Shown piece after piece: positions 8,558-18,752 of a stretch of 64,000 nucleotides of DNA. Origin of the DNA: Dehalococcoidia bacterium (GTDB lineage Bacteria > Chloroflexota > Dehalococcoidia > Bin125); assembly GCA_963555985.3 (NCBI GenBank), contig OY820591.1, positions 3,008,001 through 3,072,000 of the forward strand. Reading direction: 5' to 3'. Both the position numbers and the translations under genes were made by a program. The notes below the pieces were generated by a model. The model was not told the DNA's origin, searched no databases, and saw only the letters and a list, made by a program, of their open reading frames with translations. Each line of letters begins with the position of its first letter. Position 1 is the first letter of the stretch.

Positions 8558-9850
8558 CTAGTTGATCACCCCAGCTGCGCGGAGCTCCTCAATCTCCGTG
8601 TCTCCATAGCCGGCCTCGCGCACGATCGCCTCCGTGTCCCGGCCCAGGGGCGGGGACGAGCCTTGGGCTGCGGTGGGCGTCGCGCTCATCTTGAGCAGCG
8701 GGCCGACCTGACGCTGGGAGCCGGAGAGGTCGTGGTTCAGCTCGACCACCATCTCGTTTGCAGTGATCTGCGGATCATCGGCTAACTCCTCCGGGAAGCG
8801 GATTGGGCCGCTGGGGACGCCGTGCTCCTCAAAGCGTTGGAGCCAGTGTTCGGTGCTGTGGGCGCGAACATGGGCTTCGACCTCTCGTACGCGGACGGCG
8901 GCGTTGGCGAGGGCATCGGCCATTGCGGCTGGATTGGTCAAATCGAGCTCGGGGTCGGCGAAGCCGAGGAAGTCGGTGTCGAGCGCGGCCCGTACTTTGG
9001 CCCAGAGCGAGGCCGAGAGCGCGCCGATGGCGACCGCGCCGTCGCTGGTCTCGTAGCAGCGGTAGTAGATATTCAGCGCCCCGGCCGGGCCGCGTTCCTG
9101 ATAGGCGTCCTGCAGCTCGGCGTAGGAAGCGTTGGCCGCACGCAGTTGATTGACGTTCGCCATCTTCTGCTCCACCGCTGCATCCGCCGCCGGCAACTGC
9201 ATCACCGAGCTGCCCTGCATCGCCAGCGCCGAGTTGAGCAGCGTCGTCTCCACCATCTGACCTTCGCCCGTGCGCTCGCGGTGATAGAGCGCCGCGCAGA
9301 CGCCCCAGGCGATTACGATCCCGGTCGCGTAGTCGGCTACCGGCGCGGAGACCGGGGAGGGCGCGACGCCGGCCGCGTCGAGCTTGCCGTCGAGCGCCAT
9401 TAGTCCCGACACCGCCTGCGCCACGATGTCGTAGCCCGGCCGCTGGGACCAGGGACCGCGCCGCCCGAAGGCGGTGTTATCGACGTAGATCAGGTCGGGT
9501 TTGAGCGCGCGCAGGGTGCCGTAGTCGATTCTGAGCCGCTCGGCGACGTCGGGGCGGTAGTTGATCACTACCACGTCCATCTTCGAGACCAGGCGGTGGA
9601 CGATTTCCTGCGCCTCCGGCTCGCGCAGCGCCAGTACGAGCGAGCGTTTGCCCCGATTGAGCGATTGGAACCACTTCGACTCGCCCGGCATGAACTGGGA
9701 GAACTGCCGCCAAGCTTCGCCTTCGGGGGGTTCGACCTTGATCACTTCCGCGCCCATATCGGCGAGATTCTGGCAGCCGAAGGGTCCGGCGATAATCTGC
9801 GAGAACTCAAGCACGCGAATGCCGTTGAGGGGTCCGGAGTGGTCAGCCAT
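8558..9850 (-). CDS. Family III CoA-transferase (CaiB/BaiF)
   Basis: GPLNGIRVLEFSQIIAGPF, GAEVIKVEPP, NRGKRS, GYDIVAQAVSGLM, PPLGRDT. Confidence 0.93.
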   Translation of the reverse strand: MADHSGPLNGIRVLEFSQIIAGPFGCQNLADMGAEVIKVEPPEGEAWRQFSQFMPGESKWFQSLNRGKRSLVLALREPEAQEIVHRLVSKMDVVVINYRPDVAERLRIDYGTLRALKPDLIYVDNTAFGRRGPWSQRPGYDIVAQAVSGLMALDGKLDAAGVAPSPVSAPVADYATGIVIAWGVCAALYHRERTGEGQMVETTLLNSALAMQGSSVMQLPAADAAVEQKMANVNQLRAANASYAELQDAYQERGPAGALNIYYRCYETSDGAVAIGALSASLWAKVRAALDTDFLGFADPELDLTNPAAMADALANAAVRVREVEAHVRAHSTEHWLQRFEEHGVPSGPIRFPEELADDPQITANEMVVELNHDLSGSQRQVGPLLKMSATPTAAQGSSPPLGRDTEAIVREAGYGDTEIEELRAAGVIN

Positions 9851-9921
9851 GATGTCTTCTATCCTCCAGCTTGACACAGGTCGCCGCTCAGTATCGGCGA
9901 TGCTCTGGTGAGGGGATAGCA

Positions 9922-11709
9922 ATGCGGTTGTTGTGGCTACTACTGGTATCGGCGCTACTTGGCGGGCTAGCGCTCAGCGCCTGCAAGGACTCCATTCCCT
10001 CTGCGGATGAGCGCGAGGTCGTGGAGCGCGAGGTCGCGGAGCGTGAAGAGGCGACGCCGCAGCCGGTGGCGGAGATGCAGGTGCGATTCGTCGATGACAC
10101 CGAATCCGCCGGTCTGAGCTACGTGCAGCACGTGAAGAACGAACCCCCGGAGTGTCTCTTCGACAATCTGATGCGCGCGACCGAAGCGGAACGGGAAGGC
10201 ACGCTCTGCGACGCCGAGCGGATGACCGGCGGCGCGGCCGCCGGCGACTTCGACGGCGACGGGGCGACCGATCTTTTGGTCACGCGGCTCGATGGGTACG
10301 ATCTGCTGTTCCGCAATATGGGCGACGGGCGTTTCGTCGATGTCTCGGCGTCGGCCGGGCTGGCGCGCTGGAATCTGGCCTCGAACGGGGCGGCCTGGGG
10401 CGATATCGACAACGACGGCGACCTTGATCTGTTCATCACGACGGTCGGCGATACGCGCCACTATCTGTTCATCAACGATGGCGCGGGCGGGTTCAGCGAA
10501 GCGGCGATTGAGCGCGGCGCCGCGGTCGATACGGGCGACCGGCGGATTGGGTTCTCGGCCTCGTTCGGGGACTACGACCGCGACGGTTTCCTCGATCTGC
10601 ATGTGACCGAGTGGCGGCCGTCTCAGTTGGTGGGCGAAGCGCAAGCGGGAGTGGTGCTGCTGCGCAATCGGGGCGCGGAGGCTCCGGGCTACTTCGAGGA
10701 TGTGACCGAGGCAGCCGGCGTGGTGATGGCCGGAGTGGTCTCGCAGACTCAATCGGAGTTGACGGAGGGGACGTTTGCGTTCGGCTCGACCTTCGTCGAT
10801 CTCGATGACGACGGCTGGCCCGATCTGGCGATCGCGTCCGACTTCGGCACGAGCCGGTTGTTCTGGAACAACGGCGACGGCACCTTTACGGACGGCACAT
10901 TGGCGGCAAGCGTCGGCACGGCGCAGAACGCGATGGGGACGACCTTCGGCGATTTCGACGCCGACGGCGACTTCGACTGGTTCGTCACCTCGATCTATTC
11001 GACTCAATCCGGGAGTCCGGGCGGCGAAGAGCCCGGGACCAAGGACGGCAACCGGCTCTTCCGCAACGAGGGCGGGCGGCGGTTTGTCGATGCGACCGAC
11101 GCCGCCGGGGTGCGCGACGGCTCCTGGGGCTGGGGTGCTGCGTTCTTCGACGCGGACAACGACGGCGATCTCGATCTGACGATGACCAACGGGATGGAGA
11201 TGATGCCCGGCTACCACGCCGACGCGATGCGCTACTGGGAGAACAACGGCGCAGGCGTCTTCCGCAGCCGCAGCACGGAGGTCGGCCTGGACGACATTGA
11301 GGACGGCAAGGGCTTGCTGGTCTTCGACGCGGACAACGACGGCGATCTCGATGTGTTCGTGGTCAACAACGCCTCGCCGCCGCGCTTCTACCGGAACGAG
11401 TCGGAGTCGGCGGGCGCTTGGCTGCGGATCTCGCTGGAAGGCACCGAGAGCAATCGTCAGGGTTTGGGCGCGCGGGTCTTCGTGCGGGCGGCGGGCTTGC
11501 CGGAGCAGATCCGGGAGATGGGAGTCTCCAGTCACTTCCTGGGTCAGAGCGAGTCGGAGTTGCACTTTGGGTTGGGAGGGGCGGACGAGGCGGTCGTGAT
11601 CGTGCAGTGGCCCGCATCTGGGGTGGTGACGACGCTGCGCGAGGTACCGGCGAACTCGTGGATTCGGGTCGTGGAGGGCGAGTCGGGATTTGAAGTGGTT
11701 GGGGGGTGA
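9922..11709 (+). CDS. CRTAC1/ASPIC-UnbV family lipoprotein with FG-GAP repeats
   Basis: Lipobox LSAC, repeated GD.D.DGD.DL motifs, C-terminal SNRQGLGARV...LHFGLG. Confidence 0.9.
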   Translation: MRLLWLLLVSALLGGLALSACKDSIPSADEREVVEREVAEREEATPQPVAEMQVRFVDDTESAGLSYVQHVKNEPPECLFDNLMRATEAEREGTLCDAERMTGGAAAGDFDGDGATDLLVTRLDGYDLLFRNMGDGRFVDVSASAGLARWNLASNGAAWGDIDNDGDLDLFITTVGDTRHYLFINDGAGGFSEAAIERGAAVDTGDRRIGFSASFGDYDRDGFLDLHVTEWRPSQLVGEAQAGVVLLRNRGAEAPGYFEDVTEAAGVVMAGVVSQTQSELTEGTFAFGSTFVDLDDDGWPDLAIASDFGTSRLFWNNGDGTFTDGTLAASVGTAQNAMGTTFGDFDADGDFDWFVTSIYSTQSGSPGGEEPGTKDGNRLFRNEGGRRFVDATDAAGVRDGSWGWGAAFFDADNDGDLDLTMTNGMEMMPGYHADAMRYWENNGAGVFRSRSTEVGLDDIEDGKGLLVFDADNDGDLDVFVVNNASPPRFYRNESESAGAWLRISLEGTESNRQGLGARVFVRAAGLPEQIREMGVSSHFLGQSESELHFGLGGADEAVVIVQWPASGVVTTLREVPANSWIRVVEGESGFEVVGG

Positions 11710-11914
11710 GGTCGGAGCGCGTCTCACTGCGGCAAACGTTGCGGGAGCGACAGACAGAGGGGGGCGGGCTGTGCGATCCTGAAGCCAGGACTGGACGGGA
11801 GGCCGGCCGGGAGCTGAAGCGGTGTGAAGCCCGCCAACCATCAACAGGCGGCACTGAGAGCCTCGCGGACGGGCCACTGGGAACACACAGTCCGCCTAGA
11901 TCGATCCCTCCCCC

Positions 11915-13042
11915 ATGTCTCGCAGAAACAATGAACACGTCTTCGACGTTGTAGTCGTCGGCGCTGGCGCCGCAGGGGTGGGCGTCGCGGTCACGATCAT
12001 GCATGCCGGCATCGAAAACTTCGTGGTGCTCGATCGCCGCAGCGTCGGCTCTTCGTTCGCGTCGTGGCCAGCGGAGACCCGCTTCATCACACCGTCGTTT
12101 GCAACGAATTCGATCGGCATGCTCGATCTGAACTCGATCGCGATCGGAACGTCGCCCGCCTATAGTTTGGGCGTCGAGCACCCGACCGGCCAGGACTACG
12201 CCAGGTATCTGCGCGGCGTCGCGCGGTTCTTTGAACTGCCGGTGCGCGACGATGTCGACGTCGTGCAGGTCGCTGCGGTTGACGGGGGCTTTCGCATCAG
12301 TACGGTCGGCGAGGTCCTGCGAGCCAAGCACGTCATTTGGGCCGCCGGTGAGTTCCAGTACCCGCAGCTCAGTGGGTTTGAGGGCAGCCAATGGTGCCGA
12401 CATACCGCGTCCATCGCGAGTTATGAGGCGCTTGACGGCGATGACTTCATCGTGGTGGGCGGTTACGAAAGCGGCATTGACGCGGCCTATCACCTGGCCT
12501 GGTGCGACAAGCGGGTGCAGGTGTTCGACATGGGTTGCCCGTGGGAGGAAGAGAGTTCTGATCCGAGCATCGCGCTCTCCCCGTTCACGCTTGAGCGGAT
12601 GCATGAGCAGCCGTTCGCTGAGCAGGTGGAGTTATTTCCGAATACGACTGTCGAATCGGTCGCCCGCGTGGACGGCGCGTATGAGGTGACGGTTCAGGAC
12701 GGGCGTCGGTTTCATACGCGCGCGCAGCCGCTCCTGGCGGGCGGGTTTGAAGGCAGCCACCGCTTAGTCGCGGATCTGTTTGAGCAGCGCGAAGACGGCT
12801 CCCTGCTGCTGAGTGAAGACGACGAATCGACCATCTCGCCGGGCATATTCCTCTGCGGTCCCGCCGTTCGCCACAACGATCACATCTTCTGCTTCATCTT
12901 CAAGTATCGGCAGCGTTTCGCGGTCGTCGCCAAAGCGATTGCGACCTCGCTCGGTCTGCCGGCGGAAGCGTTGGAGGAGTATCGCAAGTGGGGGATGTAT
13001 CTCGATGATCTCTCCTGCTGTGGTCAGCAGTGCGCATGTTGA
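11915..13042 (+). CDS. FAD/NAD(P)-dependent oxidoreductase (flavin monooxygenase-like) with Cys-rich C-terminus
   Basis: VVVGAGAAG, VVGGYESG, IFCFIFKYRQRF, ends LDDLSCCGQQCAC. Confidence 0.85.
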   Translation: MSRRNNEHVFDVVVVGAGAAGVGVAVTIMHAGIENFVVLDRRSVGSSFASWPAETRFITPSFATNSIGMLDLNSIAIGTSPAYSLGVEHPTGQDYARYLRGVARFFELPVRDDVDVVQVAAVDGGFRISTVGEVLRAKHVIWAAGEFQYPQLSGFEGSQWCRHTASIASYEALDGDDFIVVGGYESGIDAAYHLAWCDKRVQVFDMGCPWEEESSDPSIALSPFTLERMHEQPFAEQVELFPNTTVESVARVDGAYEVTVQDGRRFHTRAQPLLAGGFEGSHRLVADLFEQREDGSLLLSEDDESTISPGIFLCGPAVRHNDHIFCFIFKYRQRFAVVAKAIATSLGLPAEALEEYRKWGMYLDDLSCCGQQCAC

Positions 13043-13254
13043 TCGGGAACGGGCACGAGGACAGCGCAGGGCGCAGTCGGCTGGCCCGGGCGCTGAGCTT
13101 CAAGTGGCTCGGGCAAACGGTCGCCAGCCTGTGCTGGATGGCCAGCATGTTGGCGTACGGGATCGAGTCCGGCGGGGATTGGCTGCAACTGTGCGCCGCC
13201 TCCGCCTGGCTGCTGGCCAACCTGGCGGCGCTTGCGCCTGTCGATGCTGACTGA
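13036..13254 (+). CDS. Small hydrophobic hypothetical protein
   Basis: Overlaps upstream stop; two predicted helices rich in W/A/L. Confidence 0.6.
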   Translation: MLIGNGHEDSAGRSRLARALSFKWLGQTVASLCWMASMLAYGIESGGDWLQLCAASAWLLANLAALAPVDAD

Positions 13255-13259
13255 CGGCG

Positions 13260-14321
13260 TTACGCCTCAGTGTTGATTTCGCTGATCAGGTGCATGAAGT
13301 GTTCGAGGTTGGCGATCCGGTCTCGGACCGTTTCGCCTTCGACGCCGGCTCGGAAGGTGTTGACGCCGGCGTCTCGGTAGACGCGCAGGCGCTGCTTGAT
13401 GTCCTCGTCGTTGCCGATCACGTTGATCTTGTAGGCGAGTTCGACGGGGACGCGCTCGCGGGCGAGATCGCGTTCGCCTGAGATCCAGAGGCGCTGGACC
13501 TCTTTGGCGGCGTCGGCCCAGCCCTGGCGGCAGAAGGCGTCGTTGTAGAAGTTGGTCTTGGCCGAACCCATCGCGCCGAGGGTGAACGCAATCCCACGCG
13601 CGTGGCGGGCGGCGTCGCGCTCGGGATCGTCGCTGAACACCACTCCTCCGCCTGCTTCGAGGTCGATCTCGTCGATGCTGCGGCCCGCACGCTCGGCGCC
13701 GATACGGATGTCTTCGAAAAAGACATTGGCGGTTTCGGGGATGAAGGAGGAGGCGAGCCAGCCGTCGGCGACTTCGCCGCACATTTGCAGGCTGCGCGGT
13801 CCGAGCGAGGCCATGTAGATCGGCGGCGGCTCGACCGGGGGCGAACCGGAGCGGATCGCCTTGCCCTCGCCGCCGGGCAGGGGCAAGGTGTAGTGCCAGC
13901 CGTCGTAGACGACGCGCTCGCCGTTGCAGACCATGCGCACGATCTCGGCGGTCTCCTTCAGCCGCGAGGTGGCGCGGGCGAAGGGCACGCCGTGCCAGCC
14001 TTCGACGACCTGCGGCCCCGAGGTACCGAGACCGAGCATGAAACGGCCGCCCGACATCGATTGCAGGCTCATCGCGGTCATGCCGATCAGGGCCGGCGTG
14101 CGGGTGCCGCCCTGGATGATGCCGGTACCGAGCTTGATCGTCTCGGTCTTGCCGGCCAGGTAGGCGAGCGGCGTGATCCCGTCGTAGCCCCAGGCTTCGG
14201 CGGACCAGATCGAGTAGACGCCCAGCTTCTCCGCTTCTTGGGCGTAAAGCGCGGCGGAATCCCAGTCGTCGATGCGGTCGCGGTGGAGGCCGATGGCGAC
14301 CCGCATTGGTTGTCTGCTCAT
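13260..14321 (-). CDS. LLM-class (probably F420-dependent) oxidoreductase
   Basis: WSAEAWGYD, IKLGTGI, SGGRFMLGLGTSGPQVVEGWHG, GEVADGW. Confidence 0.9.
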   Translation of the reverse strand: MSRQPMRVAIGLHRDRIDDWDSAALYAQEAEKLGVYSIWSAEAWGYDGITPLAYLAGKTETIKLGTGIIQGGTRTPALIGMTAMSLQSMSGGRFMLGLGTSGPQVVEGWHGVPFARATSRLKETAEIVRMVCNGERVVYDGWHYTLPLPGGEGKAIRSGSPPVEPPPIYMASLGPRSLQMCGEVADGWLASSFIPETANVFFEDIRIGAERAGRSIDEIDLEAGGGVVFSDDPERDAARHARGIAFTLGAMGSAKTNFYNDAFCRQGWADAAKEVQRLWISGERDLARERVPVELAYKINVIGNDEDIKQRLRVYRDAGVNTFRAGVEGETVRDRIANLEHFMHLISEINTEA

Positions 14322-14866
14322 GCGGGGTAGCCCTCGGTTTCCTTGATCGCGTTGACCTGGTTGACGTGGTCGAGGTCGTGGACGCGCTGGAACATGAACC
14401 AGGCGCGTGAGTGGAGCGGACCGAAGAAGGGATGGGCGGGGCGGGGTTCGAAGGCGGGCGGCTCAGGCAGGCCGTCGATCACGTTGCTGAACTGGCGTGA
14501 ATCGTCGAGCAAGGCGTCGACCAGCTCGGGCCAGGAGAGTTCGGCGGCGCGCTGCGCGGGATCGATCGCGCCGATGCCTTGCGGCCCGAGATTGGGTTCG
14601 CGCCCGTAGGCGAGGTTGGCGATCATGTCGGCGTTGCGGCGGGAGCCATCGAGCACGTGCTGGGCGACTTCCTCGACGCTCCAATCGTCGGGACCGGGTT
14701 TCCAGGCGGCCTGCTCGGTCGTGACGCGATTGAGCGTGTTGAGGAACTCGATGCGAGCATCGACGACGCGGGGCCAGAGATCGATCCAGCGGTACTTCTC
14801 GCCCTGCGACAACAGATAGCTGGAGACGCGCTGGCGTTCGTTGTCTTCGACTGGTCGTTGTGGCAT
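14318..14866 (-). CDS. DinB family protein
   Basis: WKPGPDDWSVEEVAQHV ... HPFFGPL ... HDLDHVNQ. Confidence 0.85.
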   Translation of the reverse strand: MPQRPVEDNERQRVSSYLLSQGEKYRWIDLWPRVVDARIEFLNTLNRVTTEQAAWKPGPDDWSVEEVAQHVLDGSRRNADMIANLAYGREPNLGPQGIGAIDPAQRAAELSWPELVDALLDDSRQFSNVIDGLPEPPAFEPRPAHPFFGPLHSRAWFMFQRVHDLDHVNQVNAIKETEGYPA

Positions 14867-14888
14867 CAAACCCCTCCTGAAAGGTGCT

Positions 14889-15004
14889 CGTCATACCCGC
14901 ACCAGGCGCGGGTATCTCGCCGTATTCGAGACGTCCATGCTCCGTTCAGCGAGATTGCCCCCCGATCATGTCGGGGGCAGGCTACGCCAAGTTCGGCAAT
15001 GACG
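14889..15004. repeat. REP doublet (REPIN-like), family A, with an inserted internal palindrome
   Basis: GTCATACCCGC..GCGGGTATCTCG ... CGAGATTGCC(CCCCGATCATGTCGGGG)..GGCAATGAC. Confidence 0.75.
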
Positions 15005-15012
15005 ACGCTGGA

Positions 15013-15834
15013 TTACCGCCCTTGGAAGTTTGGCTCCCGCTTTTCCATGAAGGAGCGGACGCCTTCCTTGAAGTCGTCGGAGCGGAAGAGGGGCAGGAGC
15101 TGGAGGTAGATGTGGTCGACCGCGGCCTCGAACGGCTCGTCCATACCGAGCCGCATCATGCGCTTGGTCGCCTGGATCGAGAGCGGCGCGTTGGCGGCGA
15201 TCTCGTCGGCCAGTTCGAGGGTGCGAGCCATCAGTTCGTCGTGCGGGACGACCTCGTTGACCAGGCCCACATCCAGCGATTCCTGAGCATCAAGCACGCG
15301 GCCGCGGAAGGCGACCTCGGCCGCTCGCGCCCAGCCCAGCAGTCGCGGCAGGATCCAGGTGCCGCCCGATTCGGGCAGGACGCCGCGCTTGGCGAAGACG
15401 GCGCCCATCTTGGCCTGGTCGGAGGCGATGCGGATGTCGGCGAGCAGGGCCATGTCCATGCCGTAGCCGGCAGCCGCGCCGTTGAGCGCGCAGATCACCG
15501 GCTTGTCCATCTTCTGAAGCACGACCGGCGGGGCGTCGCGCAGGTCGAAGAGCGAGTAGCCGGGCGCGCCGATGTTGCTTTCGCCGGTTCCCTGGAGGCG
15601 CTGCTGCTGGTCGACCAGGTCGAGGCCGGCGCAGAAGCCGCGGCCGGCGCCGGTCAGGACGATCACGCGGATGTCCGGCTCGCGCTGGCAGGCGATCAGC
15701 TGGGCCGAGAGCGCCTCAAGCATTTCGCTAGTGATCGCATTCAGGCGCTCCGGGCGGTTGAGCGTGATGATCGCGACGTGTCCGCGCTGTTCGAAGAGCA
15801 GGGTGTCGGTGGCGGGCGCGGTCAGAGTAGTCAT
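15013..15834 (-). CDS. Enoyl-CoA hydratase/isomerase (crotonase) family
   Basis: ITLNRPERLNA, LTGAGRGFCAGLDL, KPVICALNGAAAGYG, DFKEGVRSFMEKREPNF. Confidence 0.93.
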   Translation of the reverse strand: MTTLTAPATDTLLFEQRGHVAIITLNRPERLNAITSEMLEALSAQLIACQREPDIRVIVLTGAGRGFCAGLDLVDQQQRLQGTGESNIGAPGYSLFDLRDAPPVVLQKMDKPVICALNGAAAGYGMDMALLADIRIASDQAKMGAVFAKRGVLPESGGTWILPRLLGWARAAEVAFRGRVLDAQESLDVGLVNEVVPHDELMARTLELADEIAANAPLSIQATKRMMRLGMDEPFEAAVDHIYLQLLPLFRSDDFKEGVRSFMEKREPNFQGR

Positions 15835-15935
15835 GGTGCCTCCAGTTGGTTGGTATCTCCCTGAGTGTACCTGCGGCTTACGTTTCTGTTCCCCGCGTCC
15901 GCGGGGGATGGGAGGGAGGTGGGTTCAGCGGCCTG

Positions 15936-18380
15936 TTAGGTGGCGGCTTGGGCGAGTTCGGCGATTGGCGCGTCCTCCCCGCTGGCGGTGAACCGGAATT
16001 CGCCGTCGGCGTAGTTGACGGTGATCGTTGCTCCGGCGGGGATGTTGTCTCCGATCAGGAGCTTGCTCAGCGGGTTTTCGATCTTGCGCTGGATCAACCT
16101 GCGCAACGGTCTGGCGCCGAAGGCGGGATCGTAGCCCTCGCTGGCGAGTTGGCGGCGGGCGGCGTCGCTGAACTCGATGCTGTGGCCCAGCTCTGAGAGT
16201 CGCGCTTGTTCCTCATAGGCGATCAGGTCGACGATTTGCAGGAGTTCGTTCTCGCTGAGCGGATCGAAGACGACAATCTCGTCCACCCGGTTGAGGAATT
16301 CGGGGCGGAAGAAGTCGCGCAGAGCTCGGGCGGAGGTCTGAGCTTTCTCGTCGTGTGAACCGTTGAAGCCGAGGCTGCCCGTGGGGCGTGAGGTCGTGCC
16401 GAGGTTGCTGGTCATGATCACGACCGTGTTGCGGAAGTCGACCGTGCGGCCCTGACCGTCGGTGATCCGTCCATCGTCGAGCACTTGCAGGAGCAGGTTG
16501 AAGACGTCGGGGTGAGCTTTCTCGATCTCGTCCAGCAGCACGACGCGGAAGGGTCGGCGGCGCACGAGCTCGGTCAGGCCGCCGCCGTCGTCATAGCCGA
16601 CATAGCCCGGAGGCGCGCCGACGATCCGGCTGACCGTGTGGCGCTCCTGGTATTCGGACATGTCGAGTCGGACGAGCGCATCTTCGGAGTCGAAGAGGTA
16701 CTCAGCCAGCGCCTTGGCCAGTTCAGTTTTGCCGACGCCGGTCGGTCCGACGAAGATGAAGGAGCCGATCGGCCGGGTGGGATCTTTGAGTCCGGCGCGG
16801 GCGCGGCGGATCGCGTCGGAGACGACGGTGACCGCATCGGACTGTCCGATCACGCGGCTGTGCAGCTCTTCCTCGATTCGGAGCAGGCGGGCGTCGTCGT
16901 CGTCCAGCATCCGTGAGACGGGGATACCGGTGATCTCACCGACCAGTTGGGCGATGTCGTGTTCGGTGACGGTGTCGCGCTGGGGGCGTTCGGCGTTCCA
17001 GTCGTCGCGGTTGGCGCGGTACTGCTGTTGGATTTGCAGCAGCTCCTGCTTGATTCGGGCGGCCGCTTCGTAGTCCTCGCGCTGGGCGGCGGCTTCCTGC
17101 TCGTCCTTGAGCGCATCCACGCGGCGCTGTAACTCCACCACCTGCGACGGCAGCGACTGATTGTCGATCACCAGGCGTGAGGCGGCCTCGTCGATCAGAT
17201 CGATCGCTTTGTCCGGCAGCCGCCGCTCGGTGATGTAGCGGTGACTGAGGCGAGCGGCGGCGTCGAGCGCGTCGTCGCCGATGTGGAGTTGGTGGTGCGC
17301 CTCGTAGCGCGGCCGAACCGCGCGCAAGATCTGGTCGGTGTCTTCGAGCGAGGGTTCGTCGAGGTAGACCGGGGCGAAACGGCGTTCGAGCGCGGCGTCC
17401 TTCTCGATCTGCTTGCGGTATTCGTCGAGCGTGGTCGCGCCGACGACGCGGAGTTCGCCGCGCGCGAGCGGCGGTTTGAGCATGTTGGCGGCGTCGATCG
17501 CGCCTTCGGCGGCGCCCGCGCCGACGAGCGTGTGCAGTTCGTCGATGAACAGCATCACGTCGCCATCCGACTCGCGCACCTCGTCGATCACCGACTTCAG
17601 CCGCTCCTCGAATTCGCCGCGAAACTTCGCGCCCGCCAGCAGCAGACCGAGATCGAGCGCCATCAGGCGCTTGCCGCGCAGGTTGTCGGGCACATCGTCG
17701 TCGGCGATGCGCTGGGCCAGACCCTCGGCGACGGCGGTCTTGCCGACGCCGGCTTCGCCGATGATCACCGGGTTGTTCTTGGTGCGGCGGTTGAGAATCT
17801 GGAGCACGCGCCGGATTTCGAGATCGCGGCCGACGACCGGATCGAGCTTGCCTTCATCGGCCAGGCGGGTGATGTCGGTCGCGTAGCGTGCGAGCGCGTT
17901 GTAGTTGTCCTCCGCGTTGGGCTGATCGACGCGGCGGCTGCCGCGGATCTGTTGCAGGGCGGTGTAGAGGCGCTCGGTCGTGATCTGGTGGGCGCGCAGG
18001 ATCTGGGCGGCGTCGCCGCTGTCTTCGGCGGCCATTGCCAGCAACAGATGCTCAACGCCGACATACTCGTCGTTGAGCCGTTGTGCTTCGAGGTTGGCGC
18101 GCTCCATCAACTGCACGATCCGAGGGGTGACGGTGAGTTGGACCACGTCGTAGCCGAGCCGGGGGCGTTGGTCGAGGGCGCGCTCGGCGTCGGCGCGGAA
18201 GCGGGGGCGGTCGACCTCGAGTGCGTTGAGTAGGTCATGAGCGAGTCCGTCTTCGACGCCGGCGAGTCCGGCGAGCAGGTGCTCGCTGTCCCACTGGGCG
18301 TGGCGCTTCTGGCGCACGAGTTGCTGGCTCGCTTCGAGCAGTTGCTGGGCCTGTTGGGTGAAACGGTCTCGTCGCATCAT
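15936..18380 (-). CDS. clpC: ATP-dependent Clp protease ATPase subunit, ClpC type
   Basis: Two AAA+ modules ([16 protein letters not shown]), short UVR-type middle domain ([10 protein letters not shown]), LGF ClpP-docking loop. Confidence 0.85.
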   Translation of the reverse strand: MMRRDRFTQQAQQLLEASQQLVRQKRHAQWDSEHLLAGLAGVEDGLAHDLLNALEVDRPRFRADAERALDQRPRLGYDVVQLTVTPRIVQLMERANLEAQRLNDEYVGVEHLLLAMAAEDSGDAAQILRAHQITTERLYTALQQIRGSRRVDQPNAEDNYNALARYATDITRLADEGKLDPVVGRDLEIRRVLQILNRRTKNNPVIIGEAGVGKTAVAEGLAQRIADDDVPDNLRGKRLMALDLGLLLAGAKFRGEFEERLKSVIDEVRESDGDVMLFIDELHTLVGAGAAEGAIDAANMLKPPLARGELRVVGATTLDEYRKQIEKDAALERRFAPVYLDEPSLEDTDQILRAVRPRYEAHHQLHIGDDALDAAARLSHRYITERRLPDKAIDLIDEAASRLVIDNQSLPSQVVELQRRVDALKDEQEAAAQREDYEAAARIKQELLQIQQQYRANRDDWNAERPQRDTVTEHDIAQLVGEITGIPVSRMLDDDDARLLRIEEELHSRVIGQSDAVTVVSDAIRRARAGLKDPTRPIGSFIFVGPTGVGKTELAKALAEYLFDSEDALVRLDMSEYQERHTVSRIVGAPPGYVGYDDGGGLTELVRRRPFRVVLLDEIEKAHPDVFNLLLQVLDDGRITDGQGRTVDFRNTVVIMTSNLGTTSRPTGSLGFNGSHDEKAQTSARALRDFFRPEFLNRVDEIVVFDPLSENELLQIVDLIAYEEQARLSELGHSIEFSDAARRQLASEGYDPAFGARPLRRLIQRKIENPLSKLLIGDNIPAGATITVNYADGEFRFTASGEDAPIAELAQAAT

Positions 18381-18425
18381 GGTGAGGCTCCGATCTGGCG
18401 TGGGTTTGGCGGGGTGAGCGAGCGT

Positions 18426-18752
18426 CTAGGGACGCTGGCGGAGGCGGCGCGGGAGGATCGGCGGACGCTGGGCCAGTTCCTCTCGCAGTTGCTCGTTCTC
18501 GGCTCTGAGGGCGCGGATCTCCTCGCGTTGGCGGAGGATGATGTCAGCCCCGGGCAGATTGACGCCAAGGTCTTCGATCAGGCGGCGGATCTCACACAGG
18601 CGGTCGATGTCGGCCTGGGAGTAGAGGCGCTGACGCCCAGGCGAGCGGGCGGGGAAGACGAGTCCCTCGCGCTCGTAGGCGCGGAGCGTCTGTTGATGCA
18701 CGCCGACGAGTTGGGCGGCGATCCGGATCGTGAAGATGGGCTGATCGCTCAT
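18426..18752 (-). CDS. hspR: MerR-family heat-shock repressor HspR
   Basis: IFTIRIAAQLVGVHQQTLRAYEREGLV.PARSPGRQRLYS...LGVNLPG; between J-protein and Clp genes. Confidence 0.85.
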   Translation of the reverse strand: MSDQPIFTIRIAAQLVGVHQQTLRAYEREGLVFPARSPGRQRLYSQADIDRLCEIRRLIEDLGVNLPGADIILRQREEIRALRAENEQLREELAQRPPILPRRLRQRP

